Source of the DNA: an uncultured delta proteobacterium
GTDB taxonomy: Bacteria > Desulfobacterota > RBG-13-43-22
Reading direction: 5' to 3'
Length of the DNA stretch: 64,000 bases
NCBI GenBank assembly: GCA_963790475.1
Contig: CAWBOS010000010.1
Span: forward strand, 544,001-608,000
The notes beneath the pieces are model-generated. The model was not told where the DNA came from. It searched no databases and worked only from the letters and a program-made list of their open reading frames with translations. Shown here one piece after another: positions 50,040 through 60,726 of this stretch. Position numbers and translations under genes: made by a program. Position 1 is the first letter of the stretch. The number at the start of each line of letters is the position of its first letter.

Positions 50040-53000
50040 ATGTCGAAAGTGTCCCTGAGTATCAATGGACGATCCGTACAAACGGAATCGGGTAACAGCA
50101 TCTTACAAGCAGCGACCGAGGAAGGGATTTTCATCCCGACCCTGTGTCAACATCCCCTGTTGAAACCGGAGGAGGCCTGCCGGATCTGCGTTGTGGAAGT
50201 GGAAGGGGAAGAAAAACTGGTAGCTTCCTGTGCCGCCCTGGTCAAAGAAGGGATGGTTATTGAGACCGATTCCCAGAGGGTTGTGGATGCCCGGCGAGGC
50301 ATCCTGGAACTGCTTCTGGAAAATCACTATGGGGATTGCCTGGCCCCCTGCCATCTGGCCTGCCCGGCGGGGATTGATATCCAGGGCTATGTGGCCCATA
50401 TCAGCCGGGGAGAATTTAGAGAAGCCCTGAAGCTGATCAAGGAGAAGAATCCTCTGCCCTTATGTATCGGCCGGGTCTGCCCCCATTTTTGTGAAGATGC
50501 CTGCCGTCGAAACCGGGTGGAACAACCCATTGCCATCAATCCCTTGAAACGGTTTGTGGCCGATTACGACCGGCTGGAGGGGATTTCCTATAAACCGCAT
50601 ATTCCGGCCGACAGCGGCCATAAGGTGGCTATTATCGGCGGAGGGCCGGGAGGTCTTTCAGCGGCCTATTATCTGCAGGCAAAGAGGTCATCAGGTGACT
50701 ATCTTCGATGCCAAGCCCCAGTTGGGGGGGATGCTCCGCTACGCCATCCCGGAATACCGCCTGCCCAAGAAGATCCTGGATCAGGAGATCCAGGGGATAC
50801 TGGATTTGGGGGTGGAGGTCAGACCGAATCTCTTTTATGGGAAGGATGTGACCCTGGCCGGCTTGCGTGAGGAAGGATATCAGGCCATCTTTATGGCCCT
50901 GGGGACCTGGAAATCGTCCCGGCTGGGTTTGGAAGGGGAAGACCTGCCGGGGGTGATGCATGCCCTGGATCTGTTGATCCGGACCTCCATGGGTGATAAA
51001 CTGGTTGATCGGGAAAAAGGTAATCATTATCGGGGACGGGAATACGGGGATGGATGCGGCCCGGACCTGCCTGCGGCTGGGGACCGAAGAGGTGACCATG
51101 CTCTATCGAAGGTCCCGGAAAGAGATGACCGCCCATCATGAGGAAGTGGATGCCACCGAGGCCGAGGGGGTCAAACTGGAACTTCTGGTTTCCCCGACCC
51201 GGATTATTTCTGAAAACGGCCGGTTCAAGGCCATGGAATTCATCCGCAATGAGCTGAAAGAGCCGGATGCCGGGGGACGGGCCAGGCCGGTTCCCATCCC
51301 CGGTTCCGAGGAGATTTATGAAGCGGATCTGGCGGTCATCTCCATCGGCCAGTTTTCCGATCTGACCTTTTTGCAGAATGATCCGGACCTGAAGGACCTG
51401 GTTCTTACCAAGTGGGGGACTCCGGATGCCGATCCCCAGACCCTGCAGACCTCCATCCCCGATCTGTTTATCGGCGGGGATCTTTTCCGAGGCCCGCAAA
51501 CGGTTATCCAGGCCATTGCCGACGGACGTACAGCGGCGGGTTCCATCCATCAGTATCTGACCCGGGGGGAAGTGAAAGCGGTCAAAAAGCCTTTCAATAT
51601 CAGCAAGGGGAAGAAACTGCCCCAGGTGGATGCGGTTAACTTTGAAGGCATCCCCTCAAAACCCCGGGTCCAGCTGCCTCAAATGACTTTGCCGGAACGG
51701 GAACATAATTTCAAGGAAGTGGAGTCCACCATCGGCCAGGCCGAGGCCATGGCCGAGGCAGCCCGGTGTCTGTCCTGCGGTTGTCTGGATGTTTTTGACT
51801 GCCGTCTGCGATCTTATGCCGACACCTATAATGTGGACATAGACAAACTCCCGGTCTGGACCAAAAGAAAATACCCCCTCCAGACGGAACATCCTTTCAT
51901 AACGGTTGATCCCAACAAATGCATCACCTGCCGGAGATGTGTGCATGGTTGTTCGGAATATCAGATACAACATGCCTTTGAATTGAATCAAGTTAATAAG
52001 GGAGGAAACGGGGGTCCCCCGGCTTTCACTCCCTCCATCAATGAACGCTGTGTCTCGTGCGGTCTTTGTCTGGCCAATTGTCCTACCGGGGCCCTGACGG
52101 AAAAGCCAGAGGGGTTGCCCGGCCCCTGGAAACTGGAGCGGGTCAGAACCACCTGCACCTACTGCGGCGTGGGCTGTCAACTTTATCTGGAAAAGGTCGG
52201 CGACCGGATTGTCCGGGTCACCGGGGTGGATAAAACGCCGCCCAATTTCAGTCATATGTGCGTCAAAGGCCGCTTTGGGTTTGATTTTATAAACCATCCC
52301 GACAGGCTGAAATATCCCCTGATCAAAGAAGACGGGCATTTCCGTCAAGCCTCCTGGGATGAGGCCCTGGACCTGGTGGCCAAGCGGTTTTTGGAAATCC
52401 GAGACCAATATGGGCCTGATTCCTTGGCGGGTCTTTCCTCGGCCCGGGCCACCAATGAAGAAAATTATCTGATGCAAAAGATGATCAGGGGGGTTTTCAA
52501 GACCAACAATATAGACCATTGTGCCCGGCTCTGACACTCCACCACCGTAGCCGGTCTGGCTGCGGCCTTTGGAAGTGGGGCCATGACAAATTCCATCTCT
52601 GAAATCGAGCAATCCAAAGTGATCCTGATCACCGGCTCCAATCCCACGGAAAACCATCCGGTGATCGGCGCGGCTATCAAAAGGGCGGTTCTTGACCACG
52701 GGACCAAGCTTATTGTGGTTGATCCGAGAAAAATTGAATTAACCGAATTCGCCACTGTATGGTTGAGACCGAAACCGGGAACCGATCTGGCTTGGATCAA
52801 TGGTCTTATTCATATTATTATCGAAGAAGGGCTATTGAATTCTGAATTTATCAAAGAAAGGACCGAAGGCTTTGAAGATTTAAAAGCCTCTTTAGCCGAT
52901 TTTACTCCATCCAGGGTCTCGGAGATCACCGGGATCCCGGAAAAAGATTTGGTTCAGGCGGCTCATATTTATGCCGAAGACCGGGCCTCGATTTTTTATG

Positions 53001-54163
53001 CCATGGGTATTACCCAGCACAGCCACGGGACCGATAATGTCAAGGCCCTGGCCGACCTGGCCCTGATCCGCGGGAATGTCGGGGTTCCGGGTACTGGGAT
53101 CAATCCCCTGCGGGGACAGAACAACGTCCAGGGGGCCTGTGACATGGGAGCCCTACCCAATGTTTTTTCCGGCTATCAGAATGTAAGCGATCCGGTGATC
53201 ATTGAAAAAATGGAGAAGGCCTGGGGCGTGCAAGGTCTTTCGAACAAGCCCGGGCTGACTTTGATGGAGATTACCGAGGCGGCCAAGAACAAGAAGGTCC
53301 GCGGCCTTTATATCTTTGGAGAAAATCCGGTGGTTTCCGACCCGGATACGCACCACCTGACCGAGGCCCTTAAGGCCCTGGACTTTTTAGTGGTTCAAGA
53401 CCTCTTTTTAACAGAAACCGCCCAACTGGCCGATGTGGTCTTACCAGGGGCTTCTTTTGCCGAAAAGGAGGGTACCTTCACTAATACCGAGCGGCGAGTT
53501 CAACGGGTACGTCAGGCCATAACTCCTCCCGGTGATGCCAGGCCGGATTGGCAGATCATTGCCGATTTGTCCACCCGGATGGGCCTGCCGATGCGTTATG
53601 AGAATCCGGAGATGATTTTTGAAGAAATACGGTCTGTCACCCCGGCCTATGCCGGAATCACCTATCAACGAATCAACCGGGCAGGGATTCAATGGCCCTG
53701 TCCCACCCTGGAGCACCCGGGGACCCCTCTTCTTCATCAGGGCCAGTTTACCCGGGGACTGGGCAAGTTTCACGCCTTGAACTATATGGGACCCAAAGAA
53801 GTTCCGGATGCCGATTATCCCCTAATTTTAAGCACCGGCCGGGTTCTTTATCACTACCATACCGGGACCATGACCCGAAAAAGCAAGGGTCTGGAAAAGA
53901 TAGCCCCGGAATGCCTGATCGAGATTTCTGCAGCCGATGCCCAGGCGCTGAAGATTGCCGAAGGGGAACGGGTCAAGGTCTTATCGCGCCGCGGAGATCT
54001 GGAGGCCAGAATCAAAATAACCGAACGCTCTCCGCAAGGGACAATCTTTATCCCCTTCCACTATGCGGAAGCCGCAGCCAACCAACTTACCCAGACCGGT
54101 CTGGATCCGGTGGCCAAGATCCCGGAGTTGAAGGTTTGTGCCGTGCGGATTGAAAAAATGTAG
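50040..54163 (+). CDS. fdhF: Selenocysteine-containing formate dehydrogenase alpha fused to 2Fe-2S + GltD-like NAD(P)H oxidoreductase + 4Fe-4S domains (~1373 aa after correcting two +1 indels near 50677 and 51007)
   Basis: IPTLC..CRICVVE; APCHLACP, GRVCPHFCE, IGGGPGG, YRRS; CTYCGVGC, CVKGRFG, DHCARL-TGA-HSTTVAGL, LRGQNNVQG, PELKVCAV. Confidence 0.9.
52532..52577 (+). promoter_or_regulatory. In-frame UGA (Sec) and bacterial SECIS hairpin
   Basis: TGA at 52532-52534; stem CCGTAGCC/GGCTGCGG with GGTCT loop starting 11 nt downstream; frame stays open into 52583..54163. Confidence 0.92.
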
Positions 54164-54176
54164 AAGAATAAAATCT

Positions 54177-54308
54177 GACAAGTTCGTAAAAAGTCGCCGG
54201 AAGCCCGAAGTCGTCATTCTGGCGAAAGCCGGAATCCAGTGCTTTTAAGTAGTTATAATCTCCTGGACCCCGGCTTTCTCCGGGGTGACGACTTTTTACG
54301 AAGCCATC
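54177..54308. mobile_element. MITE, family B, with 6-bp target duplication AAATCT
   Basis: TTCGTAAAAAGTCGCC ... GACGACTTTTTACGAA inverted ends; AAATCT on both sides. Confidence 0.82.
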
Positions 54309-54423
54309 AAATCTATGCTCCCATGTTAAACGCAGAGAGGAACTGATTTTATTTTTGATCGGACTCTGCGGTTCGCTTCTCATTAATGAAAAATAGAGCG
54401 GACCCTGATGAGCATCGAACCCT

Positions 54424-54466
54424 AAAAAGGCCTATAGGGGCAGAATCCGCACCCATGGGCCTTTTT
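54424..54466. terminator. Hairpin AAAAAGGCCTAT...ATGGGCCTTTTT upstream of mnmG
   Basis: Inverted repeat with A/T tails, bidirectional-terminator-like. Confidence 0.5.
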
Positions 54467-54503
54467 AATTTTCCATAAATCAGAAAAGAAATAGAATTAG
54501 CTT

Positions 54504-56390
54504 ATGAACAGCACTGATTCCTCAGATAACCGCTATGATGTGATCGTCGTCGGCGCCGGCCATGCCGGGTGCGAAGCGGCCTTGGCCGCGGCCCGGATGG
54601 GTTGTCACACCCTTCTCCTGACGATCAATATCGATCATATCGGGGCCATGTCCTGCAATCCGGCTGTGGGAGGCTTGGCCAAAGGCCAACTGGTCAAAGA
54701 GATCGACGCTTTGGGCGGTGAAATGGCCAGAAATATCGATGCCACCGGTATTCAATTTCGAAAACTGAACACCCAAAAGGGACCGGCGGTCTGGTCGTCC
54801 CGAGCCCAGGCCGATATGGACGATTACAAACAACGTCTTCGCTGGGTGGTTGAAAATCAGAAGGGTTTGGATGTCAAACAAGCCATGGTGGATTCACTCT
54901 GGGTGGAGCAGGGGAAAATCAGAGGCCTTCGAACCAGCCTGGGACAAAATTTTCAGGCCGAGGCGATCATCCTGACTACCGGGACTTTTCTGCAGGGGTT
55001 GATTCATATCGGCTTTAATCAGTTTCCTGCCGGCAGGATGGGAGATCCGGCCTCAATGGCCCTGTCGGACTCCTTGAGGTCTTTGGGTCTTCAGCTGGGG
55101 AGACTTAAGACCGGGACGACACCCAGGCTACAGGGAAAAACAATCGATTTCAGTTCATTGATAATTCAAACGGGGGATGTCCCTCCCATTCCTTTTTCTT
55201 TCAGGACTGAATCAATTAGCCAAGCTCAGGTCCCCTGCTTTATGACTTATACCCAACCCGAAACCCATGACCTGATCCGGCGGAATCTGGATCGTTCACC
55301 CCTTTTCAGCGGCCGTATACAGGGGACCGGGGTTCGTTATTGTCCTTCCATTGAAGACAAGATTGTTCGATTTCCCGATAAAATAAGACATCAAATCTTT
55401 TTAGAACCTGAAGGCCGGAAGACCACGGAATATTATCCCAACGGAATTTCAACCAGTCTGCCGGTGGATGTTCAATTGATCATGCTCCGGTCCATTCCCG
55501 GATTGGAGAGGGCTGAAATGGTTCGTCCGGGATATGCGATAGAATATGACTATGTCGATCCCAAGCAGTTGACCCCTACGCTCGAAGTCAAATCTGTGTC
55601 CGGACTTTATCTGGCCGGACAGATCAATGGCACCTCCGGTTATGAAGAGGCCGCTGCCCAGGGCTTGATGGCCGGCATCAATGCCGCCTTAAAAATACAA
55701 GGACGTAACCCTCTTATCCTGACCCGTTCTCAGGCTTACATCGGGGTCCTGATCGATGACCTGGTGACCAAAGGCACCAAAGAACCTTACCGCATGTTTA
55801 CTTCCAGGGCCGAATTCCGTTTGTTGCTGAGAGAGGATAATGCCGATCTTCGCCTAACCGATCTGGGAAGAGAAGTGGGGCTGGTGGATGACGACCGGTA
55901 TCAATATTTTTCCAGAAAAAAACAGGAGATACAAAAGGGCTGGGAACTGCTGACCCAAATCCTGTTTTCCCCGACTGCCGAGACCAATCAGGTGATGATC
56001 AAACTGGGCAGTCAAGCACTTCGAAAACAGATGACCTTAAAGGAGCTTTTACGACGACCGGAACTGAAATGGAAAGATCTTTTTCCCTTATGTCCGGAAT
56101 TGTCTCACATAAAACCCGAGGTGGCTGAGCAACTGGCCATCCAGGCCAGGTATGAAGGCTATTTGGAAAGACAGGAGGAACAAGTAAAACGCTTTGAAAA
56201 AAATGAACAAATCCTGATTCCCGATCAGTTTGAATACCAAAATCTTTCCGGTCTATCCAATGAAATCAAGGAAAAATTGAAAAATATCCGCCCCGGAACC
56301 TTAGGCCAGGCCTCCCGGATTTCCGGAGTGACCCCGGCGGCCATTACCATTTTGCAAATTCATATAAAAAAAATGAACAAAAACACTTGA
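54504..56390 (+). CDS. mnmG: tRNA uridine-5-carboxymethylaminomethyl modification enzyme MnmG (GidA)
   Basis: [56 protein letters not shown]. Confidence 0.98.
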   Translation: MNSTDSSDNRYDVIVVGAGHAGCEAALAAARMGCHTLLLTINIDHIGAMSCNPAVGGLAKGQLVKEIDALGGEMARNIDATGIQFRKLNTQKGPAVWSSRAQADMDDYKQRLRWVVENQKGLDVKQAMVDSLWVEQGKIRGLRTSLGQNFQAEAIILTTGTFLQGLIHIGFNQFPAGRMGDPASMALSDSLRSLGLQLGRLKTGTTPRLQGKTIDFSSLIIQTGDVPPIPFSFRTESISQAQVPCFMTYTQPETHDLIRRNLDRSPLFSGRIQGTGVRYCPSIEDKIVRFPDKIRHQIFLEPEGRKTTEYYPNGISTSLPVDVQLIMLRSIPGLERAEMVRPGYAIEYDYVDPKQLTPTLEVKSVSGLYLAGQINGTSGYEEAAAQGLMAGINAALKIQGRNPLILTRSQAYIGVLIDDLVTKGTKEPYRMFTSRAEFRLLLREDNADLRLTDLGREVGLVDDDRYQYFSRKKQEIQKGWELLTQILFSPTAETNQVMIKLGSQALRKQMTLKELLRRPELKWKDLFPLCPELSHIKPEVAEQLAIQARYEGYLERQEEQVKRFEKNEQILIPDQFEYQNLSGLSNEIKEKLKNIRPGTLGQASRISGVTPAAITILQIHIKKMNKNT

Positions 56391-56525
56391 CAAGGTCATT
56401 TCCTTGGAGCATATTAAATTCCATTTTAAATTAGATGGGTTATGTTAAAATTGACGTTGCTTGAAAAATTTTCCGGAAAAAGGTTTTAAACGATTAAGGT
56501 TCTGAATGAGAAAAGGAGAGAGATT

Positions 56526-56810
56526 ATGGCCCTGACCAAAGAAAAGATTATCGCCACCATCTATGAGAAAATCGGTTTCAGCAAAAGTCAATCCAGAGAT
56601 GTAGTGGAGCAATTGTTGGAAATTATGAAAAAATCCCTGGCCAGTGAAGAAAATATTCTCATCAGCGGATTTGGTAAGTTTGTAGTCAAAAGAAAACGGG
56701 CCAGACGAGGCCGGAATCCTCAGACCAACAAGGATTTGCAGCTGAAGGCCAGGAGAGTAGTGGTCTTTAAAACCTCAGGCGTGTTACGAAAAAAGGTCAA
56801 TGCCGGTTAA
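56526..56810 (+). CDS. ihfA: Integration host factor subunit alpha
   Basis: MALTK, ISGFGKF, GRNPQT, ARRVVVFK.S..L. Confidence 0.88.
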   Translation: MALTKEKIIATIYEKIGFSKSQSRDVVEQLLEIMKKSLASEENILISGFGKFVVKRKRARRGRNPQTNKDLQLKARRVVVFKTSGVLRKKVNAG

Positions 56811-56867
56811 TTATTAGCGAAGGGTAACCATTCTTTTATTCAATAGAAATAAAGATAGATGTCCTGG

Positions 56868-57698
56868 TTAATCGGCCACCACCAGGGCTTGAGAAAATCC
56901 TTTACCCTCTAATTGTTTTTGTAAACGTAGGGCCTCCTGCAGTTCCGGACAATGAGCCAGTCGGACCCGGAAAAAGGTTTCTCCGGAACGAACCGTTTCT
57001 GAAACTTCTACCTGCGGATACTCTTTCTGCAAACTCTCTTTTAATACCGATGCTTTTTGGAGATCTTTGAAGGCCCCGATCTGGACCGAAAAATCCCCCT
57101 TTTGGAAATCGACCTGCTGGACCAGGCGAGTGACTTTCTTTCCGTCTTCTTCAACTTCCTCCAGAATACCCAGGGCCTCTAATTCAATCCTGGCGGTACC
57201 CGGACCGACGAGTCCTAATTCCTTGGCCCCGCTGTAGGAAAGGTCCAGGATGCGGTCTTTTAGAAATGGACCCCGGTCGTTGATTCTTACCAGAATTTCT
57301 TTTTTATTGGCCGGGTTTTTGACACGTATCTGGGTATTAAAGGGCAATATCCGATGGGCCGCGGTATACCCGAATTGGTCGTAAGTCTCTCCGGAGGAGG
57401 TCGGTTTTCCATGGAAATCAGGCCCGTACCAGGAGCAAATTCCTTGTTCCTTGAACTCGGCCACTGAAGCCACAGGGAAATACCACTTTCCATTGACGGC
57501 ATAAGGTCTTTCTTTGCGTTCTGATTTCTTAGCGGACGCAGTGGGAGTTTTCTTGACTGCGGGGGGTGTTTTGGCCGCTGCCGGTGGGGGGGGTGAAACA
57601 GGGCTGGGGGAAGAGGGAATGATAATCGTCTTGGAGCATCCGGTAATTGCAAAAATAAAAAAGCTGAAAAAGGATAAAAATATAAGCCGCTGACTCAT
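56868..57698 (-). CDS. rlpA: Septal ring lytic transglycosylase RlpA family lipoprotein (DPBB + SPOR)
   Basis: Lipobox ITGC, SWYG..FHG, TAAH..LP, RINDRGPF..RILDLS, VQIGAF. Confidence 0.92.
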   Translation of the reverse strand: MSQRLIFLSFFSFFIFAITGCSKTIIIPSSPSPVSPPPPAAAKTPPAVKKTPTASAKKSERKERPYAVNGKWYFPVASVAEFKEQGICSWYGPDFHGKPTSSGETYDQFGYTAAHRILPFNTQIRVKNPANKKEILVRINDRGPFLKDRILDLSYSGAKELGLVGPGTARIELEALGILEEVEEDGKKVTRLVQQVDFQKGDFSVQIGAFKDLQKASVLKESLQKEYPQVEVSETVRSGETFFRVRLAHCPELQEALRLQKQLEGKGFSQALVVAD

Positions 57699-57877
57699 GT
57701 ATAATATCATAACAAATCTAAAGCGGTGAAAACAACCCCTTTTTTTTCTTGACCGGGGATAGTTCATTCTATAACTATAATGTAACTATATAATAGTTAA
57801 TATGTAATCATCCGCCGCTAATTAAATAGGTCCGGTATCTTCCTTCGTCAGTCTTCTCTTAAATCTGCAATCTGAAA

Positions 57878-58774
57878 TCACAGGGGTTCTTCAATCCCGA
57901 ATTTCCTCAAGAACCTGGGGTCCTTACTCCAGTCCTTTTCCACTCGGACCCATAACTCCAAAAAGACCTTGGACCCTAACAAGATCTCCATATCCTCCCG
58001 GGCCTGCTGGCCGATAGTCTTCAGCATTTTCCCTTGTTTCCCGATCAGGATTCCCTTCTGAGAAGTGCGTTCCACATGGATTGTGGCCTGGATATCGATG
58101 ATGGGTTTGTCTTCCCGTTCTTTAAATGTTTCGATGGTCACAGCGACCCCATAAGGGACTTCCTGGGAGATCAGGCGAAAGACCTTTTCGCGGATCAATT
58201 CCGCTACCAGAAACCGTTCCGATAGGTCGGTCACCATATCCTCAGGAAAATAGGGGGGGCCTTCCGGAAGAGTTTGGCCGATGCAATTCTCCAGGACATC
58301 GAGTCCTTCTCCGGTCAAGGCCGAGACAGGAATGATTTCCTTGAAAGGGAACGATTGAGAAGCCTGGTCAATCAGGGGGAGCAGGTTTCTCCGATCAATC
58401 AGATCGATTTTATTGATGGCCAGAAAAACAGGGGCTTTCACTTTGCTCAACCGGGATCGGAGATCATCGGGAATCAGAGGACGAGCTGAAAAAGGTTCAA
58501 TCAGCAGGATAATCAGGTTGACATCGGACAGGGATTTTAGAGAAATTTGGATAATCGTTTTATTCAAAAGCCCTTTGGGTTCCAGGATTCCTGGGGTGTC
58601 CAGGAAGATAAATTGGCCTTCCGGAACATGTTTGATGCCCAGGATACGGTTCCGGGTGGTTTGAGGGCGGGAGGAAACGATAGAAATTTTTTGTCCCAAC
58701 AGGGCGTTGAGCAGGGTCGATTTGCCTACATTGGGGGCCCCGATCAGGGCAATGAATCCGGATTTAAAGGACAT
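57878..58774 (-). CDS. era: GTPase Era
   Basis: GAPNVGKSTL, QTTR, DTPG, NKID, EVPY, SQKGILIGKQG, LELWVRV. Confidence 0.97.
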   Translation of the reverse strand: MSFKSGFIALIGAPNVGKSTLLNALLGQKISIVSSRPQTTRNRILGIKHVPEGQFIFLDTPGILEPKGLLNKTIIQISLKSLSDVNLIILLIEPFSARPLIPDDLRSRLSKVKAPVFLAINKIDLIDRRNLLPLIDQASQSFPFKEIIPVSALTGEGLDVLENCIGQTLPEGPPYFPEDMVTDLSERFLVAELIREKVFRLISQEVPYGVAVTIETFKEREDKPIIDIQATIHVERTSQKGILIGKQGKMLKTIGQQAREDMEILLGSKVFLELWVRVEKDWSKDPRFLRKFGIEEPL

Positions 58775-58807
58775 GAGGTTCTTTCTTGGTAACTTTAGTT
58801 GATTTAG

Positions 58808-59481
58808 AAACCCCCGCCCTAAGGGCGGGGTCATGTGGACTGGCTATGCCGGTCCCGAATGGGCTTGGCTGAAAGCCCACCCACTGCTATTTTTTCCATC
58901 GAGTTGTTGCCGCAACATCGAAAGAAAGGAGATAGCAGTGAGTAGATTCCGAAAATTATCACATACCATATGGCATTGTCAGTATCATATTGTCTGGGTT
59001 CCGAAATATCGCTATCAGATATTGGCTGGGAACATCGGGGAAACGATGGCCAGCGGGATCCAAGCGATTTGCGGGTATGCGGGTTGTGAAGTTAACGAGT
59101 TGAATGTTCAAAAGGATCATATTCATCTGGTAGCCATGGTTCCGCCCGAAGTATCGATATCGGACTTGATGGGGCGGGTCAAGGGTCAGACATCGATGAA
59201 AATGTTTAACCAGTATCGGCAGTTGCGGAAGAAGCCGTATTGGGGTAATCATTTTTGGACCCCGGGGTATTGTGTGGATACCGTTGGAATGGATGAGGAA
59301 CTGATCCGGAAGTATGTCCGGTATCAAGAGGAAAAAGAAAAACAGTTCGAACAATTGCACTTGAATTTGTAGATCATCCATAACGCGGCACAACTCGGAA
59401 GCCCTGCCTCCTCAGGGGGCAGGGCCATTGCCCCCCTATGGGGGGCCCAGTTAAAGCCACGCCCTATGGGCGTGGATTATT
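58808..59481 (+). mobile_element. IS200-type element (tnpA only) bounded by subterminal hairpins; ends approximate
   Basis: CCCCGCCC-TAA-GGGCGGGG at left and CCACGCCC-TAT-GGGCGTGG at right; no tnpB. Confidence 0.85.
58938..59372 (+). CDS. tnpA: IS200/IS605-family Y1 (HUH) transposase
   Basis: YHIVWVPKYR, DHIH, FWTPGY.V.TVG, IRKYV..Q; AGGAG + GTG start. Confidence 0.95.
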   Translation: MSRFRKLSHTIWHCQYHIVWVPKYRYQILAGNIGETMASGIQAICGYAGCEVNELNVQKDHIHLVAMVPPEVSISDLMGRVKGQTSMKMFNQYRQLRKKPYWGNHFWTPGYCVDTVGMDEELIRKYVRYQEEKEKQFEQLHLNL

Positions 59482-59509
59482 TACGTGTTTAACAAATCCT
59501 TCAAAGGTT

Positions 59510-59821
59510 TCACATTTTTCGTTCACCGGATTCATGATGATCGCAATTGCGAAGAGCAATCGTTCCCGGTTCAGGTCCATACTCAAAGGTAATTCTCAAG
59601 GTTATGGAGGCATAAGCAATGAATACATCATTCCCCCCGACCGAATATTTGGCCGACACATTCTTTGCCTTATGAATCTTAAGAGAGGGATGGCGGGGAT
59701 TGCCGGCCAGATATTCCACGGCTTTGTCGATTACCTTCCGTTCTTTGGGAGACAAAACCGCATAGCTCTCCAGAAAAAAGGGTTCAAAATACAACTGAAA
59801 CGGAGGGGGTTTGGCGGGCAT
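59510..59821 (-). CDS. RelE/ParE-superfamily toxin-like protein
   Basis: F..SY..L, L..NPRHPSL.IHK, LRITF, LRN..HH; follows an AbrB-like gene. Confidence 0.7.
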   Translation of the reverse strand: MPAKPPPFQLYFEPFFLESYAVLSPKERKVIDKAVEYLAGNPRHPSLKIHKAKNVSAKYSVGGNDVFIAYASITLRITFEYGPEPGTIALRNCDHHESGERKM

Positions 59822-59827
59822 CGATGA

Positions 59828-60103
59828 TTATTTTCTAAACTTTTTCAAGGCGTCCAGGGTGGAAGCGGCTCTTATCCCTTTGCGGGTATCCTGGTTTACC
59901 TTCTGTTCTTTTTGTTCCCATTCTGGAGGGAGTTTTTCTCCGGGGAGATCAGACATCTCCGGGTATTTACGAACGGTTCTGACGGGATAAAGTATGATTT
60001 GTTCCCCGTCGATAAGATATTCAAACAAAGGTTCTTTGCGAAAAGAGGCGGGAAGGGTAACTCTACCCCGATTGTCGGTTTTTAGCAGATTGATTTCGGA
60101 CAT
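59828..60103 (-). CDS. AbrB/MazE-like antitoxin
   Basis: D.RGRVTLP..FR...IIL.P swapped-hairpin motif; AGGAG RBS. Confidence 0.72.
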   Translation of the reverse strand: MSEINLLKTDNRGRVTLPASFRKEPLFEYLIDGEQIILYPVRTVRKYPEMSDLPGEKLPPEWEQKEQKVNQDTRKGIRAASTLDALKKFRK

Positions 60104-60139
60104 GGGTTGTTCTCCTGGATAATTATTGAGTCGGCTGTT

Positions 60140-60168
60140 ATTATAATCCCATTGGTTACAATTGTCAA
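60140..60168 (-). promoter_or_regulatory. Consensus sigma70 promoter of the TA pair, overlapped by an imperfect palindrome (operator)
   Basis: TTGACA-17 bp-TATAAT; CCCA..ACAATTGT..TGGG dyad at 60148-60175. Confidence 0.8.
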
Positions 60169-60592
60169 TATTGGGAAATGTAAAATTGTCCCGTCAAGCT
60201 TTTAAAAGATTTCTGAAAGATTGAATGTTTCCTGGTGGTCTTTGAAGCCAGCCGTCAGCTCATGACCTCGCCATTAAACAAAATGAAAAATTGGGTTTGT
60301 GACGTTGGGTAGGAGGACTTGATAAAAAGAGGAGGGCAAAGGGAATCGACAGGTACCTGCCGATGGGGTTTTTCAAGGGAAATTAATATTTTTGTTGACA
60401 ACTCCAACAGATATTCACAAGATACTTTCTGATAACTTTTCAGCTTTTTTTTCATTGATCCAATTCTTTAGTCTTTAGCTTTTCCAAGTTTAAAAGGAGT
60501 AATTAACCTATCCTTAAAAGTCCTTCCTGACTCTGTGGTGAAGGAGGATTATAGATTTCGCAAGAAAGGTTAATTCATGAAGCAGTGTAATA

Positions 60593-60632
60593 AGACCCCA
60601 TTTTTTGAAAAAGAAGATGGGGTTTTTGTTTT
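60593..60632 (+). terminator. Rho-independent terminator
   Basis: ACCCCATTTTTT / AGAAGATGGGGT stem followed by a T-tract. Confidence 0.65.
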
Positions 60633-60726
60633 AGATTGGAAGATAATATGCTATCTTACTGAAAGTAATTTTAAAATTATGGGTCTCCTTTAAGCTTACC
60701 ATCATACACTTCTATCTGGGAAACTG

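Noticed and set aside
50670-51015. Programmed ribosomal frameshifting in the FDH gene and other split genes
   Set aside because: No slippery heptamer with a downstream structure; similar 1-bp indels are scattered across unrelated genes.
51656-52699. Long antisense or alternative-frame ORFs (e.g. 347 aa here; also 18745..19539, 24467..25216, 3953..4627)
   Set aside because: They shadow well-supported genes on the other strand and show no recognisable motifs.
54403-54422. Hammerhead-like CTGATGA...GAA core
   Set aside because: No stem II, GAAC instead of GAAA, and no stems I/III found.
59372-59481. TnpB/omega-RNA system with the IS200 element
   Set aside because: Only ~110 bp separates the tnpA stop from the right-end hairpin; no RuvC ORF.
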